Translations under genes and position numbers: made by a program
Shown: one piece after another, positions 26,771 to 41,372 of the stretch
Position numbering within the stretch: the stretch's first letter is position 1
Layout: the number at the start of each line of letters is the position of its first letter
Notes under the pieces: generated by a model
Database searches by the model: none
What the model saw: the letters and a program-made list of their open reading frames with translations, nothing else
What the model was told of the DNA's origin: nothing
Assembly: GCF_001194135.2 (NCBI RefSeq)
Contig: NC_068986.1
Coordinates: 59,987,487-60,051,486, forward strand
Direction of reading: 5' to 3'
Source of the DNA: Octopus bimaculoides
Lineage: Eukaryota
Length of the DNA stretch: 64,000 nt

Positions 26771-27461
26771 AGGATGATGTCTTATTTGAAGACAAAGTAC
26801 AAATAATAACCAATTACTCTTTTTTTTTTTTTNNNNNNNNNNNNNNNNNNNNNNNNNNNNNNNNNNNNNNNNNNNNNNNNNNNNNNNNNNNNNNNNNNNN
26901 NNNNNNNNNNNNNNNNNNNNNNNNNNNNNNNNNNNNNNNNNNNNNNNNNNNNNNNNNNNNNNNNNNNNNNNNNNNNNNNNNNNNNNNNNNNNNNNNNNNN
27001 NNNNNNNNNNNNNNNNNNNNNNNNNNNNNNNNNNNNNNNNNNNNNNNNNNNNNNNNNNNNNNNNNNNNNNNNNNNNNNNNNNNNNNNNNNNNNNNNNNNN
27101 NNNNNNNNNNNNNNNNNNNNNNNNNNNNNNNNNNNNNNNNNNNNNNNNNNNNNNNNNNNNNNNNNNNNNNNNNNNNNNNNNNNNNNNNNNNNNNNNNNNN
27201 NNNNNNNNNNNNNNNNNNNNNNNNNNNNNNNNNNNNNNNNNNNNNNNNNNNNNNNNNNNNNNNNNNNNNNNNNNNNNNNNNNNNNNNNNNNNNNNNNNNN
27301 NNNNNNNNNNNNNNNNNNNNNNNNNNNNNNNNNNNNNNNNNNNNNNNNNNNNNNNNNNNNNNNNNNNNNNNNNNNNNNNNNNNNNNNNNNNNNNNNNNNN
27401 NNNNNNNNNNNNNNNNNNNNNNNNNNNNNNNNNNNNNNNNNNNNNNNNNNNNNNNNNNNNN

Positions 27462-27497
<36 letters not shown>

Positions 27498-27565
27498 TAT
27501 TAGTCTCAGGGTAATCAAAGCCTTTCAATTGATTTCATAGACAAAAACTGAAAGAAGTTCCTCTT

Positions 27566-27596
<31 letters not shown>

Positions 27597-27834
27597 GTGT
27601 GTGTGTGTGCGCATGCACCTGCCAGTGCTTTTCTCCACCACTGCTTGACAACTATGGCTGGTGTGTCATCCCTGTAACTTAGCAGTTCAATAAGAATGAC
27701 CAATAGAATAAGTACTAGGCTTAAAACAGAAAGTACAAGGGTCAATTCATTTGACTGAAATTCTTCAAGGTGGTATGCCAGCATGGCTACAGTCTAATGA
27801 CAGAAACAAATAAGAGATATACATATATATATAT

Positions 27835-27880
<46 letters not shown>

Positions 27881-28369
27881 ACACAGAGCAGTTGGCAGGG
27901 GTGATAAAACTGAGTTCATGCATGTTAAGCTGTAATACAAAATATATAGGTAAAAGAAAGCAATGAGAAAAGGTGATGGGAAAGCTGAGAAAAATGAGAA
28001 TTTGTGAGACAATATTAGAATGTTTTTTTAATGAATGGCACCAGCACTAAGTTAGATATATCACTGTGTAACACCCATTCCTTAATTTTGTTTTGCAACA
28101 GCATTTAGACATTTTTATCTTTATTTTATCAGTGATTTAAGCCTGTCTATAGGTAAATGTTGTATAGTGATAATCTTACACCACTCCAGGTGGTGCCCTC
28201 AGGAGATTGCATTGTCCCAGTAGAACACCACTAAAGTAGTAAGTTTAAATGAGTGAGATTGGATGGTGCATCAGATGGGAAAAATAAGATGTCCGGGAGG
28301 GGTTGGAGTAAAGCAGTAAAGCAGAAGATAAAAGGAAATATGTATTGCCATTGCCTTCTGCACACACAT

Positions 28370-28417
<48 letters not shown>

Positions 28418-29172
28418 ACAAGATCTGGATGTGTTTGCATTACAATAGTTCTGTATCTCATACTGCAATTCATACTTTAATGCCTAAGATTTCTCCAACT
28501 GAAAGTCCTTCCTACTGTCAACTACTCTGAGAATGTTGCTTACATGTGGTTATTTTGATAGCTTATTGCTTTTTTTTTTTTTTAACTATGTTACATTTGT
28601 TTCCAATTTTTAATAGCTGGTCACCCTCCTCCACTATTAATCACTCGGATATAAATTAGGAGAAAAGCCTGTTACTGATTTGGTATATTGAGTGAAGCAG
28701 AATGATGTGCATTAACAAGATGTTTGAAATCATGGTATATTTTTAAATATATTTATGCCTTAGAAGATCAGAATCTATATTTGCAGGTTTTCTAATGCAG
28801 CTGGGAGGAGAGAGAGAGATGAAACCACAAACCATCAGATACATTAGAGTGGTATCAGCATAGTTTTCATTTACATGGCTGAAGTTGACTGAAGTTCAAA
28901 AACATTTGCCCAAGGAGCTGTACAGTAGGACAAAACTTATACATGTGAGGCAAGCAATTTAACCATGCAGCCATGTCAATGTATCTCATGACTACATTAG
29001 AGAAAGAAAATGATAGAATCATAGATTCTATGGAAGTAACATAAGGTATGCAAGACTCGGAAGGATAGAAAAGAAAGTGGGTATACTAGAACCTCATTAC
29101 ATTTGGAAAAAATAAAATGAAAACACTATCAAGAGAGCAAGTAATTGTTTATGATGTGATTGAACAAATCAA

Positions 29173-32100
29173 TGTTGTAGATGCAACAACTGAAGATTTT
29201 CTTCAATTTTAAGAACGTGCAGATTTGAGTTGGTTAAGAAATTTATATAATGTAGAAGGAAGTGATACAAAAGTGAATGAAAACTGGAAGCACTGGACCA
29301 CAGTGAATGATGGATTAGAAACATGATCACGACAGTCTTCTCCATGGCATTAGACATCTAGCATGTAATCATCAAGCAATGACCTTCTCACTACTCAAAC
29401 CAACCTGGTTGTTACAGGATTGTTTGTGAGAATTCCAAGTTTGTGTGCATTATCCAGTTTTGATTTCTCAGTTGTAAAGCCTGATTGTCACAGTGAATGT
29501 CCTAAAACTTCCTTACTTTGGTCAGATGTTGGTTCTGCTGGGTCAGCTGATGACAATGTAGGTGTTTCTGGTTGTGTATTATTAGGCAGTATTGTGTCTG
29601 ATCAGAAGTGTCTGAGAACAGTTGATTACCTCTTTCTGACAATGACTTTGGGGAACAGTAAGCCAAATCACAAGTTGAAACTGTAGTGATGCAGCCATTG
29701 TTAAACTGTACCTGTGAGAAATTGGGTGAGAGAGTTTCCAACAGTTTAACCTTCTCTGTTGATGAATTGCCTTTTCAAGCTAGATGATTTCAAAATAAAA
29801 CTGTTGAACCAACATTGGTTAAGAACAATAGCAGATCAGATGTAAATTTAGAGGTTCTATGTAAAGTAAACATTAAATTCATGGTTACTTCTGAACAATT
29901 CGGAATCCACTTAGCATAACATGCAAATAATTTGATTAGATGGTTCAGTTCCTTTCAATGGTGCTAGATTCTTCAAGTTCAATAACGTCTGATATCTTTC
30001 TGGATTTGGTTCAAGCATTCCTTTCTCTATTATATGCCCTAGGAAGTGGGTGGATTTTAAGTCAATACAGCATTTTAATTTGTTAAGTTGCATGCCAGTT
30101 TGCTGAGCTGCCTACTGGAACTTAGCCAAATTATAGTCGTGTTCTTCCTTTGTTTCACCTTCAATGAAAATGTCATCGATGTAACAATAAGTCTTTTGAA
30201 GAGAATTATTGTGACTGAATGAATCTATGTGATGAAAGCTGGTAATGACAATGACATTTGCACACCCAAATGATAGGCAAGTAAATTCAAACAGTTTGTT
30301 ACAGGCTTCAAAACCCATCAAATGAAAATCCTCTTCATGTGATGGAATTTGGTGGTAGGCTTCTTTCAACGACTGAACATGATTCTTTTGAGAAATGATT
30401 GGATATGATTCTTTTCAGTAACTCATCAATGTTAACTGCAGGATAAGTGTCAATAGGACTGCAGTTTTTTATGATGTTGGTACAGTTGACTACTAGCCTC
30501 AATTTATTCCCTCTTGATACCACAAATGCACGCACCATACACTTCAGGTAGTGTTCTTACATTCCATTTGGTAATATTTATTGTTTTCCTACAGCACATC
30601 TTACACTTCACTGGATGTTGAAGTGGGAGCAAACCAGCACAGATCTTGTATAGTAATCTTTCGCCTTTGTTGTTTCATTTAGCATAGCATTACCTACAGT
30701 CATGAATTAAAACTAACTTTTGCAATTGGCTAGTATAACTCTCTCAATACAATACTAATGTTTTCCAGTAAGCAAGGACAGGCCAAGACATGCTGGCATC
30801 AGTGTCTCATACTGCAGCAGCTGGCTAGAAGATAAGTTTATTTATCTCCACCCTTAGGTGATGTCACAGGTCACTATTTGGGAGTGATCTATCATAGACA
30901 TATATACACATTATATACACATGAGTTATTCCGTCCTTTGTCAGGTTTTGTTTTTAGTTCTGCACAGGGTATAAAATTACCCTCCTCACCAAGCACTTCT
31001 ATTTTCCCGAATAATCTCATTTTCCAGTATTCTCCTGATCTTGCCTTAACCCTAATCCCATTTTTCAACCCCGATCCCATTTTACAATATTCTCTTGATT
31101 TTGCCTTCAATGAAATTTCTATAACAATTTTTCATGATTTCATAACTATTGGTATTAATTTGGATGTGTTCATGCTAGGCAGCAGATTCAAACATTGGCA
31201 ATTTAATTCTGAAAGAGGAATTCAGAGATCAGCTCCCTATTACCATCTAGATTTAGTGTTAGCACTTAAGCAATCTTAAAATATCCATTCCTAATACAAT
31301 TGGTGCTACAAGTGACTTAATGGCATACATTTCCGTTTTGTGATAGAGTTCACCCCACTCTAGTATGACTAAACATGCTCCACAGATCTTAAATTGGTTG
31401 TAATAAACTAAAAGGATGCACTTTTTTGATACTGTCGGAGGAAGCCCAAGTTCTTTAGCCAGTTCTAGATGAATAGAGGTCCTATCTGATCCAGTATCCT
31501 GTAGAGCATTTGTTGTGAAATCATTTACCTTAACTTTAATGAGTTTTTCTCATTCTCAGATGACAGTCAGCAGAAAAATTGAAGCACAATCTTTGTCTGT
31601 TGGATCGTTTTCAGGATCTGCATTACCTTCTGTTCTGATCATGGCAACCTTCTCTTTGAAAGAAGTAGGTTTCTTTGTCATGCAAATGGTTGCTCAGTAT
31701 CCTTTTCAACAACAGTTATGACAGGTAGAATTGTTGGTTGGATACATTGATGTTGGATTAAAAGGCCCACCACACCAATAGTGAGATTATTTTCCTGAAG
31801 TTACCAGAACTGGAGGGCATGAAGGAGTCATTCTCAACAAATTCCTTTCATTGTCATTAGCTAATTTCATGGTTAAAGCAATTTTTACTAATGGTTCTAG
31901 GTCATCTTCGGTAGACTCATTGATGAATGGTCAATGAATTTGTTCCTGAGATGAAAGCATCACAAGTTAGTTAAGTTATGATGTTGTTCTGCACTTAGAG
32001 ATTGTATATGATACTTCCTTACAAGATTTTTCAGGTCTAACAGAGACGCGCCTATCAATTAGTCTTCTACTTGAATATGATTATATAGTCTGTGACAAGC

Positions 32101-32544
32101 CATAATATAAGATGTTTTCTTGATAAACTTTTTATCAAAGTGACTGAGGGTTTCCTGAAATGAGGGGCATTCTTCAATAACTTGTTAAGCTTTAGTGCAG
32201 CAGAGAACTAAAAGTATGGCTAAATACAATTTGGTGAGTATTCTTGCCTGCTTAATGTACACATGTAACATTTTTCACCAATAACTAATCTTCTTCAGAA
32301 GGCTAATCAACAAGTGTTTTCCAGAAAATTGTCGGATTCATAAATGTTCTTAAAATTGAAATAAGAGTGTGTTGTATCTAGATGCTGAAAATGCGACAAC
32401 CAAAAGACTTCTTCACTCTGAAGAATATGCAGATTTGAGTTAGTTAAGAAATTTATATAATGTAGAAGGAATCAATAAAGAAGTGAATAATGACAGAAAG
32501 TACAGGACTGCAGTGAATGATGGATTAGAAATATGGTCACAACA
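29173..32544 (-). mobile_element. Ty3/Gypsy LTR retrotransposon, internally deleted and degenerate; LTRs 29173-29334 and 32370-32544; TSD ATCAA
   Basis: Direct repeats with TG...CA ends, and ATCAA on both flanks (29168-72, 32545-49). Purine tract GGAGAAGAC beside the 3' LTR on the minus strand. RT motifs KLRLVVN, AYHQIP, YCYIDDIFI, FLGHII. Gag Cys-rich remnant near 31690-31780. Confidence 0.88.
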
Positions 32545-33059
32545 ATCAACATTTCAATTAACATTGCATGAAACATTTAAATGAATAACAATGCATTTTG
32601 AAACTGAATGAACCATCATATTGTCTTCTAATATAACTCCATTTACATCTAAGATTCATTATAGGAACAGTAAATTGAACCCAGTTATTTGACTGATACT
32701 TTATTTCATTAATATTGGGAAAATGAAAGGTAAATTTGACTTCAATAAGATTTGAAATCAAAACAAATGCCTGTAACTAAATACCACAAACATTTTATCC
32801 AATATGCTGATAATTTTGCAGAAATATATTAATCTAATTTATACCAGAATGGAAGCAACTCATTAGATTTGTTGGTCAGAGGTATAAACCCCTCTACAAC
32901 TGGAAGAAGGAACACATCTTGTAAACAAAAAGTCCTGGAATGAAATTCTACTGACAATAAATTTGGGCAGCAAGGACTTATCTCCTTAGATCAGTACCAG
33001 TTGTGTCTAACATGGGTCAGTGTTTGGACGATTGCTTTTCCCTAATTGGCAAATGGGGA

Positions 33060-33500
33060 GTTCCATGTTTTCAACATGAATTTCCTCTGATGAGGGCACT
33101 AACTAGACATCTCTTTTTTAGAGTTTAAGAAGGTCCCTGGATCAAGTGAGTTTTTCAGCATTCTTACTCCTTTGGCCAAGCAAAGCTTCTGTGACTTGTT
33201 ATCAGTTGTTCAAGGAGCCTCCATTTAATTATTATAATGTACCCTTCTCTTTTAAATGCCATACATAGCTGACTCAGGATGTGATGTTGCACTTCTCTGG
33301 TATCCCAAAAGGGGACCTGTGATTGTTAATATGTTGCTTGAACTGGCCCTCTGTAGACCCAATATATTTCCATGTTTGTGCCCTCATGCTGGTGATGTTG
33401 CAGCTGTAGTTGTTACAAGTTGTTACAAGTGGATATTTGTTTTACTTAACTGACCATACATGTTCCTTCCTTCAATTGTAGAAAGATCATGTACCTCCAG
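33060..33500 (-). mobile_element. PLE-D: degenerate Penelope-like GIY-YIG endonuclease C-terminus (not in the ORF track)
   Basis: Manual translation KYIGSTEGQFKQHINNHRSPF...SYVWHLKEKG...FLNSKKEM...CPHQRKFML, the same type of C-terminus as PLE-C. Confidence 0.75.
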
Positions 33501-36500
33501 CCAACAAGTCGGACAAGTTGCCTATACTACTAAGAGCTTTATAGGTTTATTGGTCACTCTTTGACCAACCACAACAAACATTTTATGTATGTGTGTATGT
33601 ATGTATGTATGTATGTTTTTGTGTGTGTGTGTGTGTGTGTGTGCATACATGTATGTATGCAACTGCCATCTTTGTCTCTTTGAGAAACTAAACACATTAT
33701 GCAATATTCCTAAACAAAAAATGCCAAACTTATCACCAATAGAACTTCCTAGAGGCTAATTCAAAAATTCGTTGCTAATATTATCCATAGCCACAGATTT
33801 GTCCTCTATTCAGCAGCACTGAACAATATCAAACAGTTGCTACAACACATAGCTATTGTCTAGCAGTCACCTGGTTACTGGCTTCATCACATGACCCAAA
33901 CTGACTATTAAGATCAAACATTATACATCATCCAATGACAATCAGCCATCTTTAGCACTTGTGGTTGCATCATCATTCTGAGTAATGTAGTTTTAAGTCA
34001 AGCTGTTAACAAAAACTTGGTGAGTGTGTGTATGCATGCATGCACATGTAAGTGAGTGTGTGTTGCCTGTACGTATTTTTTAAAATTTATGCTCTGATTA
34101 ACTGGTATTGTGTTTATGTAGTCTCTTTATGTCATATAACTAACAAACCAATAAAATATTGTAATGAGATCATTATGATAATGTAAAAATCCTTGAAGGT
34201 AGTACCCCTTTACAGCCACAGTTATAATGATTGATACTAGCAAAAGAATATAATAATTTCAACTGAAACAACAAAGGAGATAATGTAGGTAAAGATCAAG
34301 AAAAGGCCTTGTAAGCTATGAAAATAACATACAAATAGTGAAGAAAAACAAAATAAAGGTGCTAAGGAAAAGTCTCAGAAGCCATGAGAATTATCCATGA
34401 ATTGTGAAGAAAATTAAAAAAACAACCACTTAAAACACTTATAATATATTCACTTTTGTTATAAATTGTTAAAATATTATGTACATTGACAATCTGGTCA
34501 TTACAGAGAGATTTTATCAGTGATCAGGTTGTAAATATGGACAACATTCTTTTGGACACTTTATAGTATATAAAGCTATCACAAAATAAAATAAAAATAT
34601 ACTTGTGCATGAATCTTAGTTCTTTCTTTGTCATATTTCTAATTAAATATACCGTTTAAGCATTTCAATTAATTTTGAAAATTAATCTAGAATTTGGAGA
34701 GATTTAGTAAAATAACTTTTACATTAAACTGGTGTTTGGAGCATAAATTAGCATAAATATACTCTATGACAGGAAAATTTAGTTGAAAACTGAATGTTTT
34801 CAAATGAGAAGTTCTGTATTATAAAACCAGATGTTGTCTAAGGTGTATTGGTATCAAAAGAATTAGATGGCTTGAACCACAAACAGAAAATCAATTTTTG
34901 AGAGCTAGGGCATGCTAAGGACCTAAAGGTTGAAGTTGGAAAGTTGGTGTTAGACACTATAAGTACATCCACCCCAAAACACACATAAGCTGAAAAATAG
35001 GGTAACACCATCCTCTGTGTACAACCCCATTTTCACCACTGATTTGAACATATGAACTGAGATCAAGCCAGCTGTCTCACTGGTTTCATTAAGTTAATAG
35101 ACAACTCTTGATGGTTTGCATGATGAATTGCTATTTGCTTGTCATAGAATCATAAATTTTTTATTGGAGAATACAAACAAAAATGGTCTCCTCTTCCTGC
35201 CACATTTTCTTTTTTTGTGTGTTTTTACAAAACACTATCTTATTGGTTAGATACATAAACAAGAATATAAAGAGCCAGAACAAACACCACAAAGTATCCT
35301 GTCTAATGTCCTAATCCACAGCTCAGAACTGGTACTTTAATTTATTAATCTCCCAGATGAAGTTGATCACAGCAGGATTTGAAGTCAGAACAGAAAAATC
35401 TGGAACAAGTACTACAAGGTATTTTGTTCAGCACTAATAATTTCACTAATATTGATCCTGAAAAAAATGAAAAAGGTAACCTCAGCATGATTTGAACTAA
35501 GAACATTACTGCAAGGCATTTTGACTGACACTAACAATTCTAATGATTTGCCACTTGTTTGATAAAAACAAATCCAACTCTGAAAATGAAGCATGCTTTA
35601 GATAACAGAAAATAATAAAGGCCACCACATGTCAATAGTTCCACTGTGTAGAACCTTGGGCAACTGTCTTCTACAATAGCCTCAGATCAACCAAAGCTTT
35701 GTGAGTGGATTTGATAGAAGCCCATTATGTGTGTGTGTGTGTGTGCGTGCATGTACGTGTATATTTATGTCTGTGTCTGTCTCCTGCCATCATTTGACAA
35801 CTGGTGTTGGTGTGTTTACATCCCTGTAACTTAGTGGTCCAGCAAAAGAGACTGAGAGAATAAGTATCAGGCTCTACAAAAATAATAAATAGTGGGGTCG
35901 ATTCATTCGACTAAAATTCTTCAAGGTGATGCCCTAGCATGACTGAAACAAAATAAAAGATCAGGCAACTTAATTCTTCCAGTCAGTTTCAAATCATTGT
36001 AGATTCTTTAATTTCATTTACTCATTATTAAATATGCCAACTCCTACTTTCTCAACTATCACCATCAGTACCACAAAAATATTTAATATATATTTCTTCA
36101 ACCAAAAATGTAATGGGGAAACCAATTTAGTAGTATACACTATTCTTGAATCAGAATCATAGAAAGATAAATCTGGAAATAGATATTGCTGCTTTTGCAT
36201 ATACCATATAAATATATAAATAAATTAAACAAACAAAAGAAAAAAATAAATAAAAGAAACAAAGAAAATAACACACCAAGGAAGAAGGAGGTCAAAGACC
36301 ACCTAGTATTTACAATCAGCATTGTAGCAAAAGAGTTCTAATCATGATAGACATGATATGGTTGGAACTTGTCTTACCATAAAACATAAAAACTACCATG
36401 TTAGTGCTGGAATTAAAAAAATAAAATTCACAGAGAGAGAAAAAAAGAAGTGGGTGGTACCGGCATGTGCCAAAAACAGTTAAAGTAAAGACAAATATGT

Positions 36501-37033
36501 CTCATGGTCAGAAGATACACTTAAATATATCAATAGAAAGAAAGCTCTGTTGCTTAGATTTGCAACAGAATATGTTTATACACATGTGCAAGAATATCAT
36601 AGTATGTGTGTGTGAGTACATTTACGTATATGCTTACAATATTTATTTACAGTATTAGATATTAATTTCTGTATTGTATATGCTAACTTGCACATATGCA
36701 CACACAAACTATTACACAGCAATAATCCAAATGAATTCCTCCAGAATTATTTTTTAAACCAATATTGATTTATGTACATCTCTCTCTCTTTCTCTCTCTC
36801 AATCTATCTATCACTTTTTCTTTCTGTGTGTGAGAGAGAGACAGAGAGAGAATGGGATGGTGGTGGAGTGAGCAGTGATCTGTCTTATATCAGGAGTCTA
36901 AAAGTTTTTAAAGATTTATTGTATATATAACATTCATTGTATATGAATTCCATTAATGAAGCACATTTGAAAAAAGAAAGAATGTCTCTTTGAATTAGTT
37001 AAAATACAGAGTGTGCACCTATGTTCCTGTGTG

Positions 37034-37078
<45 letters not shown>

Positions 37079-37589
37079 ACTCACACATGCATGTGCACAC
37101 ACACAGACACACATTCACACATGCAAGTGCACACACACACACGCACACAAACAAATAACACAAAACATTGCAAAAATTATACATAGACATTACAAGCACT
37201 GTAAGTGAAACTTTGCAAGCATTATCTACAGATATTATAAGCAATATATTTAGATATAAGCACTCTCTTTCTCACTATACACACACACACGTACCTCGTA
37301 AGTACTACAAATCTCTTTCTTTCTCTTTCTCTCTTTCTCTCTTTCTCTCTCTCTATATACACACGCATACACACACACACACACACATATATATCATCAT
37401 TGTCATCAACATCATCATTTAACATCCGCTTTCCATGCTAGCAAGCCAGGGGACTGTGCCAAACTGAATAATATCATAGATAGAGAAGTGAGGAGTGTTA
37501 GATGATGAAATATGAGAAAAATGTTTGACAGGGCAGTGAGAATGAAAGTGGAGTCAGAGCTCTGCACATACAAGCATTAACCAATGTGG

Positions 37590-38050
37590 TTTTAGGATAT
37601 CAATTCTGCTGTGGTGGGCAGGTCTTCTTGAGTACAGCAAAGATCCAGACATCTCAGTCCTTTGTCATCTTCTCTGTAAGGTTCAGCATCTTGAGATTAG
37701 CCTTCAATACTTCATCCCATATCTTCCTGTGTTATTCTCTTCCATAAGTTCCTTCCACTTTAAGTAATTGGTACCTCTTTATGCAACTGTCCTCATCCAT
37801 ATGCATCAATGACCATTTGAGAAAATCAATTATCATTGTATCTGTACACTTTATGGTTCTTGTGCATCTTTCACACACAAACACTACTTTCGCTATTACT
37901 TTCTTGTGATTCCATTTCCCCTTTTTGTGTATCCATAGCTTGCACTGAATACACCAAATGGAATTCCTGTCTCTATCTTTCCTACATACTGAGCAGGGAC
38001 ATTCACCCAAAGTCAGAAAGCCCTGTCTATAAATAAATGGATTAGGCATC
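37590..38050 (-). mobile_element. Old RTE LINE fragment (tail remnant at ~37400-37445)
   Basis: CSVCRKDRDRNSIWCIQCKLWIHK...MDEDSCIK...VEGTYGR matches the family at 11183. Confidence 0.75.
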
Positions 38051-40810
38051 TTCAGCTGTTAAATCAAAGTTTCAAACTTTATCCAATATATCCATGATTA
38101 ATGCATATGATGAACATTTTACATTCCACTTCAACTGAACTCACCACATCTGCTGTCAAGCAAAATATTAGCATGGTTTGTATACAAGTACACCATTTTC
38201 TTCACAGCAATCTTGAACTAAAATATCACAATGCAGGAAATGGGTGGACCTTTATCTCTTCTTTAATATGGAAAGGCCCTAATAACTCTACACTTGGAGG
38301 TGTAGGAATGCTACTCAGTCTCCATGCTCTCTGCTCACTCAAATTGAAAAGATCTATCCTCAAATTATTACAGCAACGTTTAACAGAAACTCACACACCA
38401 CTTATATCTTGCTAATGTTCAACAAATGTCTCTTATGAAGCAGAGGTTGTCAGTATCTAGTAAGACAAATTCCTTGTCCTAATGTCTTGCTAATAGCAGG
38501 TAATATGAATGCTCATCTTGCAAAGCTGAATAGAAATACAGCTTCCTTGAAGCAACCAATCAGAATGGAGAATATCTGCATGAATTCATATCTGAAAATA
38601 ATCTTATCTGTCTTAACAAGATATCAAAAATGAGTTGGTAAGTGGTGGATATTCACATACCCAAACGGTATAAAAGCACAATTAGACTACATATTCATTA
38701 GCAAAAAATGGACAAGCAGTGCCATGTACTGCATGGCATTTGATATGTTTGACATTTCCTCTGACCACAGATAGCATCAGCTAAAATTCGCCTCAGTCTA
38801 AGATCAAACAAAAAGCCAGAAACCAAATATAAATGCTATGACTGGTCATCTCTAACAGATCCTGAAATATGTGATCAATTTGCAATTACATCAAGAAGCC
38901 AGTGTGAAGCCCTGCAAAATACTTCTGAAACTACCACTCTCAATGATAAACATGAAATTTTTTAACTGCACACAAACAAGCAGAAGATGAATGCATCTCT
39001 CGGTAACCAAAAGTTAAACATAAAGTTCCCTGGGAAACTGCAGCTGTTATTGAAAAGCAAGAAATACTCCGAAAGATTTCTAAACTAAAAACAACAAACC
39101 CTACAAGATCAAACCTAAAACAGTTCACTAAAGTACAGAAGGATTTAGCTTTGGAATATCAAAAAGTGCAAGAGCTTTATGTACAAAAGCAAATTGACAA
39201 CGTCAAAGTTTGTATTGACAATAAACAATTATCTATGGTGTGGAAAATTGTAAAGGAAGTAAGCGGAAGAAAGAGCGCCTCAAAATCCAAACTGAAAGCA
39301 GCAAATGAAGTTGAGCAACTCAAACTGTGGAGAGATCGCTTTAAAAACTTACTTGGTAAACCACCTGAAATTAAAAAGATCATTCACAATCAACTCAACA
39401 TACAATTGGGGAGTTTTCTGTGGGTGAACTGGAAGCAGTCATAAGATCATTGAAGAATAGAAAAGCAGCTGGTTTGGACAAATCCCACCTGAAGTTTGGA
39501 AAACGGGAATTTAATGACATACTTCTTCAACTCTGTTATACTATCAAACCATGTAGAGAAATGGAGTAAAGGCTGCATCCTCCTGTTTCCAAGGGGAGAT
39601 CTCGGTGTCCCAAAACTCCAGGGATATTACTCTCACTGCCATATCTGCCAAAGTTTACAAATCCATGCTACTCACTTGTATCCAACTGGAGATTGAAAAA
39701 ATTTTGAGGAAAAATCAGAATGGCTTTTGAAGAAATAGATTAACATTTTCCCAGATTCTTACAACCCTAAGAGTTATTGAAGGAGTATGTGCAAGGAACC
39801 TGAAAGCAGTCTTCTTGTTTGCTGACTTTTCTAGGGCCTTTGTCTTGATACACAGAGGAAATATGGAAGAAATACTGCTTGCTTACAATATCTCAAAGGA
39901 GTCTATACAACATCATGATGTTGTATAGAAATATTCAATCCATAGTTCATTCTCCAGATGGCAACACAGAGTTAGTTCTTTGACATAGTGGTGGATGTCC
40001 CACGGAGTGACACCTTGACACCCTATCCATTCATTATGTCTAGGTTATGTCCTAGGCACCTCTGTCAATGAGATGAAGGACAAAGGATTCGTTCTTCAAC
40101 CAACCAAAAGTAGACATTTTCCAAATGTGACCATCACAGATGCTGACTATACTGATGATTGGCACTACTAGCAGATGAAGTTTGCACAATCTTGAAAGTG
40201 CTGCTAAAGATGTTGGTCTCTACATCAACTCAGACAAGATAGAATATATGATGTACAGCCAGAGCAGCAACATTAACTCCTCATCTGAAAAATCCTTGAA
40301 AAACGTTGATGAATTCACATACTTTGAAAGTAAAATCCCAATGGAAGATCTGTCTGCAAGTGATATTCATGTCTGAATTAGCAAAGCTAGGGCAGCTTTA
40401 AATAAATTATCAAAGGTCTGGAAATCTAAGCCTCCATTAAATTTGAAAGGTAATTTCTTTCAGGTGTTTTGTAGTCAGTTGTTATATGGATGTGCAACAT
40501 AGACTCTAACAAAGTATCTTGAAAAGAAAATTAACAGAACTTATATATGAATGCTTCGACCTGCTCTGGACATTTCCTGGAGACAACATCCAACATAAGA
40601 ACTTCTCTATGGTAATTTTTCACATGTCATCTGAGAAAGAAGAACAAAATTCACTGGACATTGCTGAAAATCAAAGGATGAGATCATCAGCAATGGATAT
40701 GGATATGCATATATTGGTAGACCATATCAAACCTACATAAAGCAACAATGTGAGGACTCTGAATGCACTTGAGAAGACCTACCTGCTTGGTGGACCAAAC
40801 AGATTAGAGA
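38050..40810 (+). mobile_element. Degenerate RTE-like LINE of a second family (APE remnants + RT)
   Basis: GGVGMLLS, GNMNAHL (APE-like), KAAGLD, ILLFPRGDL, QNGF*RNR, LFADFSRAF, ADYTDD, YGCAT. Many stops and frameshifts. Confidence 0.8.
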
Positions 40811-41341
40811 GAACATGCCACAGTAATACATGTAATAAACATGACTAGATGATCAACTGAACACAATTTCAGAATCAAAAGTGCTGGCTCATTTACAAGA
40901 AGCATTTTTCTGCTTTTTATATGAACCTGTCCATGTATATTTCCACTGACTTGGGTCAAATAATTTCCACAGGAAGACATACACAGCATTCACTGTTATA
41001 TGTTGCATGGTGAGAAATGAAATTAATCTGCATAATGTTAGAGTACAGTTCTAAAAATTACTTTTGACATGTCTCCTGTATTTGTGAAGTGAGAAGACAA
41101 GATTGGCATGAAGAAGAAAGAATTATTAAATATGACGAAATTAAAGAATTCAGACAATGGGCTCATCTCAGTAAATTTAAGGTAGGTTTTTCTGTCAATA
41201 ACAATATTTATCCAGAAATATATTAAAAATGCTTCTGTATCAACTATATTATCACAGCAAAATAATCAATATTAATATTAAATTTTGTACATGAATATTT
41301 TCAGGTTTTTACCTTAAGTAAATAAAAAACATACATACATG

Positions 41342-41372
<31 letters not shown>

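Noticed and set aside
33087-33100. CTGATGAGGGC on + strand
   Set aside because: Antisense of the PLE-D coding end (CPHQR), with no matching GAAAC or stems.
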